Assembly (NCBI GenBank): GCA_043818095.1
Contig: JBDRGD010000005.1
Location: forward strand, 1 to 56,552
DNA: 56,552 bases
Reading direction: 5' to 3'
DNA from: Chloroflexota bacterium
Lineage (GTDB): Bacteria > Chloroflexota > Dehalococcoidia > Dehalococcoidales > RBG-16-60-22
Shown: piece by piece, positions 44,931 to 55,183 of the stretch
Numbering within the stretch: the stretch's first letter is position 1
Layout of the letters: every line of letters starts with the position of its first letter
Program-made: the position numbers and the translations under genes
Notes under the pieces: model-generated
The model's database searches: none
The model's input: the letters and a program-made list of their open reading frames with translations, nothing else
What the model was told of the DNA's origin: nothing

Positions 44931-46835
44931 ATGCGTGCTGTATCGAAGGGCATTGACAAGCTCCTGGCGGGCAGCAGCCTGGTCGGCACCCTTATTCTGG
45001 TGTCCCTGGCGATACTCGTCACGGCGCAGGTCGTTGGCCGGTATGTTCTTCATGTCAACATGTCGAGCATCACGGACATCTCCATCTACGCCGTCTACGC
45101 CTTCCCCTTCCTGACGGTCGCTTACACGCTCTCGAAAAACCGGCACCCTTCCCTCAACGTTCTCACGTCCAGCATGCCGGAGAGGACGAAGACCGGGCTG
45201 AGCGTCGCCACCAATCTTTCCGCCCTGGCCTTCTCCTCTCTGCTCGGCTGGAATACTTTCGACCTGGCAAAAGGGTCTTTCGAGCAGCACGTCCTGACCA
45301 TCAATACCTGGCAGATACCGCTGGGCGTCCTCCAGTCCTTCATGGCCTACGGCTGCCTGCTGCTGACACTGCAGATTCTTCGCATGCTGGTCAAGGATAT
45401 CTCCTTCCTCATCAGCAGCCGCGGCAACCAGCCGCCGCCGCGGGGGATCCAGGACAACATCTTTTTCTACCCCATCTTTTACGCGATAGGCCTCACCCTC
45501 AGCGCCTGGCTTTTCCTCAACGTCGGGCAATTCGTCGGCGTGTTCGCCATCACCGCGGTCGTCCTGATTTCCGGCATGCCGATATTCCTGGCGCTGGGCG
45601 TCGGCGGCTATCTCGGTCTCTACCTGTTCCTGGGCAGGATGCCCGCCCTGATTGCCCCCATCAGGATCCATGACGTCGTCTTCAAGTTCGAACTGACCGC
45701 CCTGCCCCTCTTCGTCCTCGGCGGGCTCATCATGGAAAGGGGCAAGATCGTCGAGCGCATGTTCAAGTTCTTCGAGTTGATGGCGGGGCGCTATGCGCCG
45801 TCCCTGCTCATCGCCACCGTGCTGGTGGGCCTCGTTTTCTGCGCTACCACCGGCTCGACCCTGGGCGCCACCGTCGTGGTTGCCGCCGCCACCTACCCCG
45901 AGCTGGTCAGACGCGGCTATAACAAGGCCCTCTGCGCCGGCCTGATCGGCGTGGCCACCATCGGCAACCTGATTCCCCCGTCGGGCGGCTTTATCGTCTT
46001 CGGCCTGTTGACGGAAACCTCCATCAGCCAGCTTTTCATGGGCGGCTTCATGCCCGGGGTGGCCCTCTTCAGCTTTTTCATCCTCTTCCTCGTCGTTATC
46101 GGCATGGTGAACAAGAAATTGCTCTTCGAGGACGGGAAAATCCCGGACCAGGTCTTCCTGGAGAAAGTCCCCGCGAAGGCCAAACTCATCGCAGCCAAAG
46201 ACTCGATGTGGGGGATATTGACGCCGATAATCGTGCTCGGCGGTATCTATCTCGGAATTTTCATCCCCACCGAGTCCGCGGCGATACTGGTGCTTTATGC
46301 GGTAATCGTCTGCGTATTCGTTCTCAGGACAGTAAAGTGGCGCGACCTGATTGCCGCCGCCCTGAACAGTGCCGGGGTGACCTCAATGGTCATGGCGATA
46401 CTTACTTTCGCCTACGTCTTCGCGGGGATGGTGGTCCAGCTGCAAATCGGGCCCAAGCTGGTCGCCTGGAGCGATGCCGTCAGCCTCAGCCCGGTATATA
46501 TTCTCCTTATTATGTTAACCATTCTGGTAATCATGGGGCTTTTCCTCACCCCGGCGGCGATATCGGTAATGACCCTCCCCGCCTTCTTCCCCTGGGCGCT
46601 GGCCGCCGGTATCGACCCCGTGGTCTACGGCGTTTTCCACATCATCCTGATGGAAATCGGCGGGTTGACGCCACCGGTAGGAGTATGTGTTTTCGCCCTG
46701 GCGAGTATTACCGGGCTACCGCTGAAGCGGGTTACCCTGGGGCTGCTGCCGTTCCTGGTAATGATGGTAATCCTCTGCCTGGTCATTTACTTCTTCCCGG
46801 ACCTGGTTCTCTGGCTGCCCGGCACCATGAGATGA
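44931..46835 (+). CDS. TRAP transporter fused small/large permease (DctQ-DctM)
   Basis: About 634 aa polytopic protein: a DctQ-like N-terminal region of about 170 aa followed by a DctM-like domain. Confidence 0.9.
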   Translation: MRAVSKGIDKLLAGSSLVGTLILVSLAILVTAQVVGRYVLHVNMSSITDISIYAVYAFPFLTVAYTLSKNRHPSLNVLTSSMPERTKTGLSVATNLSALAFSSLLGWNTFDLAKGSFEQHVLTINTWQIPLGVLQSFMAYGCLLLTLQILRMLVKDISFLISSRGNQPPPRGIQDNIFFYPIFYAIGLTLSAWLFLNVGQFVGVFAITAVVLISGMPIFLALGVGGYLGLYLFLGRMPALIAPIRIHDVVFKFELTALPLFVLGGLIMERGKIVERMFKFFELMAGRYAPSLLIATVLVGLVFCATTGSTLGATVVVAAATYPELVRRGYNKALCAGLIGVATIGNLIPPSGGFIVFGLLTETSISQLFMGGFMPGVALFSFFILFLVVIGMVNKKLLFEDGKIPDQVFLEKVPAKAKLIAAKDSMWGILTPIIVLGGIYLGIFIPTESAAILVLYAVIVCVFVLRTVKWRDLIAAALNSAGVTSMVMAILTFAYVFAGMVVQLQIGPKLVAWSDAVSLSPVYILLIMLTILVIMGLFLTPAAISVMTLPAFFPWALAAGIDPVVYGVFHIILMEIGGLTPPVGVCVFALASITGLPLKRVTLGLLPFLVMMVILCLVIYFFPDLVLWLPGTMR

Positions 46836-46851
46836 CGCAGGAGTCATAGTA

Positions 46852-47871
46852 ATGCGCTTGGTTTCCTATCGTTTGACCACCGTCCTCGGTGAATCTGTCC
46901 GGATTGGCGCACTGGTCAATAACCGCGTCATCGACCTTAACCTTGCCTACGTGACGCACCTCGCCGCGAGCGGTGCCACCGGCCGGCCTTATGAGGTAGC
47001 GGCAGGACTGCTGCCCCCCGACATGCTGGCTTTCCTGACCGGCGGCAAGTTAGCCGGGGAGACCGCGGACGCGGCGATAAAATACGTAACTCAACGTCTC
47101 GAACGGGGTGAGGCGGTTACGGGCCCGCGGGGGGAGAAAGTCATCTACGACCGGAAAGAAATCAAGCTGCTCGCGCCGGTCCCCCGTCCGAATTCCATCC
47201 GGGACACGATGAGCTTTGAGGGACACCTGCGCAGCGGCGTCCAGCGCCGGGGGAAGACCATGCCGGAGGAATGGTACCAGATACCCTTCTACTACAAGGG
47301 CAACCCCGGCAGCGTTATCGGCACGGAAGAGCCGATATGGTGGCCCGCCTATGCCGAAAAGCTTGACTATGAACTGGAGTTCGGCATCTACATCGGGAAA
47401 AAGGGAAAGAACATCAAAGCCGAGGACGCGCCGGAGTACATCGCCGGCTATACCATTTTTAACGATATCAGCGCCCGGGACATCCAGGAAAAGGAGCGCG
47501 CCCTGCCCCTGGGCCCGACCAAGGGGAAGGACTTCGACCACGGTAACGTCATGGGGCCCTGCATGGTCACCCCGGATGAACTGGACCCCCGTAATCTCAG
47601 GATGACCGCCAAGATTAACGGCGAGACCTGGTCCGACGGCACCTCTGCCGACATGTATTGGGACTTCCCCCGGATTATCGCCTACATCTCCGCGGAGGAA
47701 ACCCTTTACCCGGGGGACTTCATCGCCTCGGGGACGGTGGGCGGCGGCTGCGGTCACGAACTGGGGAGATGGATACAGCCCGGAGACGTCATTGAGCTTG
47801 AGGTCGAGGGCATCGGCGTCCTGCGGAACCAGGTCCTGAAAACCGGCGGCGCTACTTCCCCAGGACAATAG
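46852..47871 (+). CDS. Fumarylacetoacetate hydrolase (FAH) family protein
   Basis: YELEFGIYIGKKG, FNDISARD, GDFIASGTVGGG. Confidence 0.92.
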   Translation: MRLVSYRLTTVLGESVRIGALVNNRVIDLNLAYVTHLAASGATGRPYEVAAGLLPPDMLAFLTGGKLAGETADAAIKYVTQRLERGEAVTGPRGEKVIYDRKEIKLLAPVPRPNSIRDTMSFEGHLRSGVQRRGKTMPEEWYQIPFYYKGNPGSVIGTEEPIWWPAYAEKLDYELEFGIYIGKKGKNIKAEDAPEYIAGYTIFNDISARDIQEKERALPLGPTKGKDFDHGNVMGPCMVTPDELDPRNLRMTAKINGETWSDGTSADMYWDFPRIIAYISAEETLYPGDFIASGTVGGGCGHELGRWIQPGDVIELEVEGIGVLRNQVLKTGGATSPGQ

Positions 47872-48631
47872 CGGCGGGGTCTATCTCCTCGCGCAGAATC
47901 CTCAGGTATTCCTCACCCGGTTCCGGGCTCGTCGCGACTTTCTCCGGGATGATAATTTCGAAACCGGAGTTCTCCCTGACCTCATCGATGCTTACCCCGG
48001 GGTGCCGGGAAATCAGTCTCAGACGCTTGCTTTTTTCTTCAAAATCGTAGATACCCAGCTGCGTGATGACCCGGTAGGGCCCCGTGCCCGCGGGCAATCC
48101 CGCCCGTTCCCTGGCTCCCGGTCCGTCAAGGTAACCGGGCGAGGTGAGAAAGTCCAGTTTCGGGACGAAGGTCCGCGGCGACTGGCTGGCGATGATAATG
48201 ATGAGCCGCCGGGAGAAAGAGGCGCAGTCGTTCGCCCCACCGCTCCCGGGCAGGCGCACCTTCGGCCGGTCGTGGTCGCCGATGACCGTGGTATTGATGT
48301 TGCCGTATCTGTCCATCTGGGCGGCGCCGAGGAACCCGTAATCGATATAGCCCGCCTGGGAGAGCGACATGACATCATGCATGCTGGAAGCCGCGACGGC
48401 GCGGTAATAGGTCCGGGACTCGCCGACGGACACCGGCAGTTCCGGTATCTGCGGACCCAGACCGCCGGCTTCAAAGACGATGAGCAGACCGGGGGCATGG
48501 GTCTTCTGGGCCAGCGCCGCCGCGATGATCGGTATTCCGGTACCCACGAAAACGGACTTCTTATCTTCCAGTATCGTCGCCCCGGTGAACGCCAGGTATT
48601 CCCGCAGGCTGTAGGGCGCGTCGCTTTTCAT
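47852..48631 (-). CDS. CoA-transferase subunit B (glutaconate-CoA-transferase-like)
   Basis: MKSDAPYSLREYLAF..., SGGANDCASF region. The ATG shares one base with the subunit A stop (TGATG). Confidence 0.87.
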   Translation of the reverse strand: MKSDAPYSLREYLAFTGATILEDKKSVFVGTGIPIIAAALAQKTHAPGLLIVFEAGGLGPQIPELPVSVGESRTYYRAVAASSMHDVMSLSQAGYIDYGFLGAAQMDRYGNINTTVIGDHDRPKVRLPGSGGANDCASFSRRLIIIIASQSPRTFVPKLDFLTSPGYLDGPGARERAGLPAGTGPYRVITQLGIYDFEEKSKRLRLISRHPGVSIDEVRENSGFEIIIPEKVATSPEPGEEYLRILREEIDPAAIVLGK

Positions 48632-49677
48632 CACGGCTTTTTCCTCCAGGGTGCGGTCATCGGCTCCCGCAGGAACTCTCTTCGCTTCAGGTATTGCCGG
48701 CGTTTTACTCCCGCACACAGCGCCAGGTATTCTTCAAAATCGGCCACACCGTAAACGTATTTCCGCAGGTAATCCTCCGCCCCTTTTTCCGTCCGGCTCA
48801 GTTGCAGCCATTCCGCAATGTGCTCCTCGTCGTAGTAATAGACCCCCGGCATTTCGCAGGGGTGCGAACCGTACGGGGCTTCCACCACGGCGTCCACGAC
48901 GAAGAAGGGAATCACCGTCCTCCACGGTTCTCTCCTGATATCCTCGTTGTCCACGATTTCTTCGGTGGTGATAATCAGCCTCCGCGCGCACCGGGAAAGC
49001 TCAAAGTCCTCGACCATGATGCTGTCGATTTGCGCGTTGCCGTAGATATCGCAGCGGTGCACGTGAATGAAAGCGACGTCCGGGTAAGCGGCGGGAACCA
49101 GGCTGATGGGCTTGCCGGAGAAAGGGTCCTTGACCACCTTGCAGGAGCTGTATGCCAGGGTGTCGGTGCCCAGCATCGTCCGGGCGGGGATGAAGGGCAG
49201 CCCCATCATCCCCGCCAGCCACCGCCACTGGTAGCCGGCGTTGCTGATTTCCGCGATGACCCGGCACTGCCCGCTTTCCACCCTCCTCCGCGACCCCGGA
49301 GAGAGGCCCCGGAGCTCGTGGCCGAAGCAGTAAGCGGCCTCGACCCGGTTGACACAGCCCGAGGTCACCAGGATATCCATGTCGTGGCAGGCCGTCTTCC
49401 CCGCCATCGTCAGATTGCGCTTCTTCTGCCTGACTATCTCGTAGACTATCGGCATGGAAATCCGGACATGCCCGAATCCCCCGCTGGCGATAAAAGCCCC
49501 GTCACTCACGAACTCCCTGACCGCTTCCTGCGCGGACATCCTTTTATCTTTCAGTTCCCGGGACTTGTTTTCCGCCACCCAGCTCCTGGCTTCGTCAGGG
49601 TCGTGCCAGCCGATAAGCTCTCCTTTTCCTTCCTGGAACAATTCCACTTCCTGCCTCCCGGCGTCAAACGCTCGCAT
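48631..49677 (-). CDS. CoA-transferase subunit A (glutaconate-CoA-transferase-like)
   Basis: 348 aa; DGAFIASGGFG motif. Confidence 0.88.
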   Translation of the reverse strand: MRAFDAGRQEVELFQEGKGELIGWHDPDEARSWVAENKSRELKDKRMSAQEAVREFVSDGAFIASGGFGHVRISMPIVYEIVRQKKRNLTMAGKTACHDMDILVTSGCVNRVEAAYCFGHELRGLSPGSRRRVESGQCRVIAEISNAGYQWRWLAGMMGLPFIPARTMLGTDTLAYSSCKVVKDPFSGKPISLVPAAYPDVAFIHVHRCDIYGNAQIDSIMVEDFELSRCARRLIITTEEIVDNEDIRREPWRTVIPFFVVDAVVEAPYGSHPCEMPGVYYYDEEHIAEWLQLSRTEKGAEDYLRKYVYGVADFEEYLALCAGVKRRQYLKRREFLREPMTAPWRKKP

Positions 49678-49866
49678 AAGATTTGAAAAGAGACCGGCAA
49701 CCCGGCACGTCTGGATATGGCAATTATACCCCCGAATCCGCCGGCAGGCAAGGAATACCTCTGTCGGGGATTCTGCGGTTATGCCCTGTAAGGGTTGTGC
49801 TCCCCCGGCAGGTTTCCGTTATAATAGAGGGTAATTCGGAGCGCCCCCGGGCGCGGGAGGAGAGTC

Positions 49867-50883
49867 ATGAAAGCCATTGACCTGGAAGCCCATTTTCTCA
49901 CCCGGGAATACCTGGACTACCTGCGCCAGCGCCGGGACGTGCCCCGGGAAGTCCGCGAAGGCGACAGCTATGTCCTCTGGTACCATGAGGACGTTTCCTC
50001 CCCGCGGAGCCCGGCGATTGACGAGCAGATGGCGGACATGGGGGAGGGGCGGTGGCAGCGGATGACCGCCGGCGGCGTTACCGGGCAGGTCCTGAGCCTG
50101 AGCCCGCCCACCGTGCAATACCTGGAGCCGGAAGAAGGCGTCTACTGGGCGAAAAAAATCAACGATACCCTGTCCGGGGTCGTGAAAAGCCACCCGGAGC
50201 GTTACGTCGGCCTTGCCTGCGTGGCGCCACAAAAACCGGAAGAAGCCGCGGCGGAAATCGGCCGGGCGATGACGGAGCTTGGTCTGAAAGGCGTGCTGAT
50301 GCAGTCGCACGTCGGCCGGGAATACCTCGATGCCGCCAAATACCGGGTGATTTTCGAGGCGGCGGAAAAATACGGTGCCCCCATCTACCTCCACCCGGAC
50401 ATCCCCATCGTGCCCATGCTGAGCGCTTATTCCGATTACGGTTTCGACATGTGCGGTCCTATCCTCGGCTACGCCGCGGACGCCGCCCTCCAGACCATGA
50501 GGCTCATCCTCAGCGGCCTCTTCGACGAGTTCCCCAAGCTGCAGATAATCCTGGGGCACATGGGGGAGGGGCTGCCCTACTGGATGGGACGCATGGACTT
50601 CAGCTGGCTGCGCTCCTGGACCGGGGAAAAACCGTTCAATATCGAGCGCCGCCCCAGCGACTACCTGCGGACGAACTTCACGGTGACCACCAGCGGCATG
50701 TCTTTCCTGCCGGCGTTCATGTGCGCTTACATGGCATTGGGCGCGGACCGCATCGCTTTCGCCGTGGACTATCCCTACGAGGACAGCGGCGAGGCCCGCA
50801 AATTCATCCTGGAAACACCCATCAGCGATGCGGACAAGGAGAAAATCCTCCACGGGAACGCGGAGAGGCTCTTCCACCTTTAA
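49867..50883 (+). CDS. Amidohydrolase_2 (ACMSD superfamily), gamma-resorcylate/LigW-type decarboxylase-like
   Basis: MKAIDLEAHF, LGLKGVLMQSH, IYLHP, LGHMGEGLPYW. Paralogue of 38431-39450 and 55184-56215. Confidence 0.88.
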   Translation: MKAIDLEAHFLTREYLDYLRQRRDVPREVREGDSYVLWYHEDVSSPRSPAIDEQMADMGEGRWQRMTAGGVTGQVLSLSPPTVQYLEPEEGVYWAKKINDTLSGVVKSHPERYVGLACVAPQKPEEAAAEIGRAMTELGLKGVLMQSHVGREYLDAAKYRVIFEAAEKYGAPIYLHPDIPIVPMLSAYSDYGFDMCGPILGYAADAALQTMRLILSGLFDEFPKLQIILGHMGEGLPYWMGRMDFSWLRSWTGEKPFNIERRPSDYLRTNFTVTTSGMSFLPAFMCAYMALGADRIAFAVDYPYEDSGEARKFILETPISDADKEKILHGNAERLFHL

Positions 50884-52085
50884 GGCAGTGTGTCTGTTAC
50901 CTGCCGCCGGCGGTCCCGCGCCGGGTCCGGGGCGCGCAGCATCAACGCCGCCACGAATACCGCCAGTATTGCCGGGATGATGAACGGCACGGAGTTAATC
51001 GCCACCTGCCCCGTGTACTGGGCGATATAGGTCACCGTAATCGGACCGATAACCATGCCCAGGTCCCCGACGACGCGGTAAACGCCCATCGCCGTCCCCA
51101 GCTTGTCCTTGGGAGCGACGTCCGCGGGCCAGGCGGCGAGGGAGCCCTGCAGCCCGGTAGCGAGGCCGTAAAACGCCATGACCATCACCAGGGTGGTCAG
51201 GGTGCTCATCGCGGGCACCAGCATCACGGCGAGCGCGCTCAGGAGCAGGCTGCTCATTATCGGTATTTTCCGGCCGATTTTATCCGAGAGCCAGCCGGAG
51301 GGGAAGGTGCAGAGAGAGGTCACCACGGCGGCGACGGTGAGCAGCAGCCCTATTTTATCCTCGGAAAATCCCAGGTTCAGTGCGGCGTAAAGGGGGAAAA
51401 GCGTGGAGCGCACGCTGGACCTGAGGAAAAAGAAGGCGAAGACGGAGCAGGTCACCAGCATAAAGGGCCCGGTGCGGAGGACCATGGGGATGTCCCGCAG
51501 CCTGACCGCCGTGCGCGGCTGGAGGGGGTCCCCGGTCGTCTCCTTCAGCGGGATGGTCGCCAGCAGCCCCAGTAAGGAAATCCCCCCGTAGACGAAAAAG
51601 GGCGCGTTCAGGCCGAAGTGGTAGGCGCTGTAGCCCCCGATGGTCGGGCCGAAGGCATTAGCGGCGAAAATCAGCCCGGAATAGGTGGACATGAAGCGCC
51701 CCCGGTATTCCCCGGTGGAGACCTGCGCCACCCACGTCGTCGCCGCGGTGGCGTACAGGGCGGACCCGGCGCCCTGGATGACGCGTCCCACAATCAGCCA
51801 GCCGTAGCTTGTCGCCGTGCCGGAGACGAAAGAGGAAAGGATGATGAGCACCAGACCGGTGATCATGTTCCGTTTCCGGCCATAGCGGTCGGCGAGGAAA
51901 CCGGCGGGCAGGTCCACGACGAGGCGGCACAGCGCAAATGCCGAAATCGCCCACCCCGTCAGCGCCACGGGGATATTGAAGGAGAGGGCGTACTGCGGCA
52001 GTATCGGGGAGACGATGTTAAAGCCCAGCATGACGAACCCGGAAACCACGGAGAGGTTCAGAATGATGAAGAGGCGCTGTCTCAT
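50880..52085 (-). CDS. MFS transporter
   Basis: 12-TM pattern with the GFLADRYGRK motif. Start at the ATG at 52085. Confidence 0.87.
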   Translation of the reverse strand: MRQRLFIILNLSVVSGFVMLGFNIVSPILPQYALSFNIPVALTGWAISAFALCRLVVDLPAGFLADRYGRKRNMITGLVLIILSSFVSGTATSYGWLIVGRVIQGAGSALYATAATTWVAQVSTGEYRGRFMSTYSGLIFAANAFGPTIGGYSAYHFGLNAPFFVYGGISLLGLLATIPLKETTGDPLQPRTAVRLRDIPMVLRTGPFMLVTCSVFAFFFLRSSVRSTLFPLYAALNLGFSEDKIGLLLTVAAVVTSLCTFPSGWLSDKIGRKIPIMSSLLLSALAVMLVPAMSTLTTLVMVMAFYGLATGLQGSLAAWPADVAPKDKLGTAMGVYRVVGDLGMVIGPITVTYIAQYTGQVAINSVPFIIPAILAVFVAALMLRAPDPARDRRRQVTDTLP

Positions 52086-52230
52086 GATGCTGCCGACGGT
52101 GCCATCCGGGGATGGCCTTGTCCTTCCCGGTGCCATTGGAACCCGGCCTCAATATACGGTCGGCCAGCATACGGCACCCTGAAAATATTACCACAATCCC
52201 GGCGTTGACTGCGAAAATGAATCCCGCCGT

Positions 52231-53478
52231 CTACGACTGCCGCGCCGTCAACGTCTCCGGCATACCGATGAGCAGGGGAATCCGGATAAGGATATCGAGG
52301 GCGATTAATGCCAGGAAGATATACTGGGGACCGATGCTGTCCCAGATAAGCCCCGCCAGGAAAGCGGTCAGGGCGGCAAGGGACATGCGGAAGAAAGCGA
52401 TGATGCCCACCCATTTCGCCATGTGCTCCGCGGGAACAAGCTCGAACTGCATGGCGGCGGTAATCACCTGGTTGATGAAGAAGAAGCCCTGCAGGGCGCT
52501 GGCGATAATCAGGAACAGCGGGTTCGGCGCCCAGATGAGCAGCAGGCTGGAAAGCCAGAACAGGGGAGCGATGGCGAAGAGGACCTTTTTCCGGCCATGC
52601 CGGTCCGCCATCCTGCCCAGGGGGATGCCCAGCACCAGCGGGGTAAGGGCAAAGGCGGTGACCATCACGCCCAGAACAATCTCGTCGGCCCCCTTGAACT
52701 CGTTCGCGAAGGGCTGGGTATACGGGATAATCATGCCCAGGGGCAAGTAGGCGACGACGGAGATGCCGATAAAGCGCCGGATACCCTTACCCTGCCGGTA
52801 TATCTCGAGCAGCCCCTGCCGGAAACCTGCCGTGGCGTCGGCCTGCGGCCAGCGGCGGTCCGAGAGACGGGTGAGCACCAGGAAAAAGGTGAAAACAGTG
52901 CCTGCCAGGGTGATGAAGAACAGCGGGCGGATGCTATCGACGTTGAGGCCGCCGAAGTAAGCGACCAGCAGCGCCCCGAGCATCGGGCCCGCCATCCCCA
53001 GTATCCCCGCGGCCAGGCTCTCGCAGCAGCTCATCGCCGTCGCCCGGTCGACCGTCGCCAGGGAGTTGCCGCAGACCACGGCGCAGCTGTGGATGCTCGT
53101 GCGGAAACCTATCCAGTAGGCCAGCATGGCGACGATGATGATGGGCCAGCTCTGCGCCACGCCGTAAATGAGCCAGGAGACCGCCAGCAGGACGATGCCG
53201 ACGAGATAGACCCGCTTGTTGCCGAAGCGGTCGATAATCCAGCCCGTCATCGGGGCAATCAGCCCGGCCACGCCCATGCCGACGCTGTTGACGATGCCCA
53301 GTTGCGTCCCCGTCGCCCCCAGGGCGAGGGTGTAGATGGAGAGGTAAGGCAGCAGCATCTGGTAAAAGAAACGGAAGATGGATGTCCGCGCCGCAGAGAC
53401 TTTCCAGTCAGTCGGCTGCCGGCCGATAAAGTCAATCCCCTGTTGGACTGCCCCCTTTACGCCCGCATCGGCACGCAT
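52231..53478 (-). CDS. MFS transporter
   Basis: Polytopic protein with GWIIDRFGNKR and GRMADRHGRKK motifs. Start uncertain (53478 is preferred to 53571). Confidence 0.83.
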   Translation of the reverse strand: MRADAGVKGAVQQGIDFIGRQPTDWKVSAARTSIFRFFYQMLLPYLSIYTLALGATGTQLGIVNSVGMGVAGLIAPMTGWIIDRFGNKRVYLVGIVLLAVSWLIYGVAQSWPIIIVAMLAYWIGFRTSIHSCAVVCGNSLATVDRATAMSCCESLAAGILGMAGPMLGALLVAYFGGLNVDSIRPLFFITLAGTVFTFFLVLTRLSDRRWPQADATAGFRQGLLEIYRQGKGIRRFIGISVVAYLPLGMIIPYTQPFANEFKGADEIVLGVMVTAFALTPLVLGIPLGRMADRHGRKKVLFAIAPLFWLSSLLLIWAPNPLFLIIASALQGFFFINQVITAAMQFELVPAEHMAKWVGIIAFFRMSLAALTAFLAGLIWDSIGPQYIFLALIALDILIRIPLLIGMPETLTARQS

Positions 53479-53716
53479 ATCAGGCTTTTCTCTCCGGGAA
53501 ATTCCAGTCTTATCCTGCCGCCCGGTCTGTTTCGAGCATCTCTGCAATCCCGCGGCAGGCCTTTGCCGCAAACCAGTAGTATTATCTTACATTCTCGCGC
53601 GCAGTTCAACAACGGCTTTACCATGGATAGAAAAGATGCGACTTTAGTCACAGCAGTCCGGCGGCTGACACATTATCATTTATAATGAAGAAAATGCGCA
53701 GGAAGGAAAGTTTGAT

Positions 53717-54166
53717 ATGAGCATGTTGGATAATGTCGACCGCAAGCTGATGCAATTGATGGAGCGTAATGCCAGCCAGACCAGCGAGAAATTAGCCAAG
53801 CAGTTGAAGGTAAGCTCGGCAACGGTCCGGCGCCGTCTTAAGAGGCTCATGCAGAGCAATGCCCTGCACGTCATCGGCGTGGCGGACCCGGCGCTGCTGG
53901 GCTACAAACTGGCGGTGGTTATCGCCCTGGACATCGTCCCGGAAAAGCTGGGTGCGGCGATGGATATGCTGGGAGACCGCCCGGAGGTAAAGTGGGTCTC
54001 GCCGACGACGGGCCGGTTCGACGTTATCGCCATCGCCCGCTTTCCTTCTACGGAGGCCCTCTCCCAGTTCATGATGCATGACCTCTCCAGGCTGGAAGGC
54101 TTGAAGGACAGCGAGACATTCATCTGCCTCGACGTGAAGAACGGTCATCGCATACCGCTTATCTAG
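53717..54166 (+). CDS. Lrp/AsnC-family transcriptional regulator
   Basis: LDNVDRKLMQLMERNASQTSEKLAKQLKVSSATVRRRLKRL HTH, plus a C-terminal RAM/AsnC_trans_reg domain. Confidence 0.92.
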   Translation: MSMLDNVDRKLMQLMERNASQTSEKLAKQLKVSSATVRRRLKRLMQSNALHVIGVADPALLGYKLAVVIALDIVPEKLGAAMDMLGDRPEVKWVSPTTGRFDVIAIARFPSTEALSQFMMHDLSRLEGLKDSETFICLDVKNGHRIPLI

Positions 54167-54336
54167 CGGAAGCACGTTAGCTGTGCCACTTCTTCCCCCC
54201 GCTCCGGTACCCAAAAAACCGGGTGGGGGGATTTTTTTATGGCCGGCCGCGCCCCGGCCGATTTTACAGCGGCGCTTTTATCATTATAAAATCGGGTGCC
54301 GGATGCTTGAACAGGAGCGCGGCCCGGGAGGAAAGC

Positions 54337-55173
54337 GTGATACAGATTAGCGCAAACGTTTACGTGGAACATGATTACCCCGTCTGCAACGTGGGGATGG
54401 TGACCACGGAGGCGGGCGTGGTGCTGGTCGATTCCCCCATGCGCCCCTCGGACGCGGTACGCTGGAGGGAGGAAGCCGCCCGCCGGGGCGAGATCCGCTA
54501 CCTGCTGCACACGGACCCGCATAAGGACCACTTCATGGGCGCCTGGTTTTTCCCCGGCGTGATGGTATCCCACCGGACCTCCCGGGAAAGGCTGGCGCGG
54601 GAAAACCTGGAAGAGGTCATGACCCGCTTCCGCCAGATTGACCCCGCGTCAATGCACCTCATCGGGGGCTACCGCGTGCGGCTGGCGGACATCGCTTTTA
54701 CCGGGGAACTCGATTTGCGTCTCGGGAAGCATACCTTCCGGCTTTTGGAGCTGCCGGGGCACTCCGAGGGGCTGTGCGGCGTTTACCTACCGGAGGAACG
54801 CGTCGTCTTTGCTTCCGACTGCGTTTTTTACCACGTGCGGAGCGCGCTGTACGAAGCGGACCCCGCGGCCTGGCTGGAGTCCCTGCGGCGGCTGAACGAG
54901 CTGGACGTGGACGCGATTGTCCCGGGGCACGGCAGCAGCGTCTGCAAGAAGGACCACCTGGCGGAGCAGACCGATATCATCCGGCGCTGGGTGGACGCCG
55001 TCCGTGCCGCCAAACAAAAAGGAATGGGCCCGGAGGAAGCCGTCAATACGATTTCCTGCCCGGACCCTTACCCGATGATACCCGGAGCGCCGATGACCGC
55101 CGCCGACCTGGACAAAGCGATTATCCACCGCCTTTACCGGGTGCTGGCGGAGGAAGAACGGACATCCCGATAG
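54337..55173 (+). CDS. MBL-fold metallo-hydrolase
   Basis: LLHTDPHKDH (HxHxDH variant), LPGHSEG, VPGHG. GTG start after GGAGGA. Confidence 0.86.
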   Translation: MIQISANVYVEHDYPVCNVGMVTTEAGVVLVDSPMRPSDAVRWREEAARRGEIRYLLHTDPHKDHFMGAWFFPGVMVSHRTSRERLARENLEEVMTRFRQIDPASMHLIGGYRVRLADIAFTGELDLRLGKHTFRLLELPGHSEGLCGVYLPEERVVFASDCVFYHVRSALYEADPAAWLESLRRLNELDVDAIVPGHGSSVCKKDHLAEQTDIIRRWVDAVRAAKQKGMGPEEAVNTISCPDPYPMIPGAPMTAADLDKAIIHRLYRVLAEEERTSR

Positions 55174-55183
55174 TTACCGGAAG

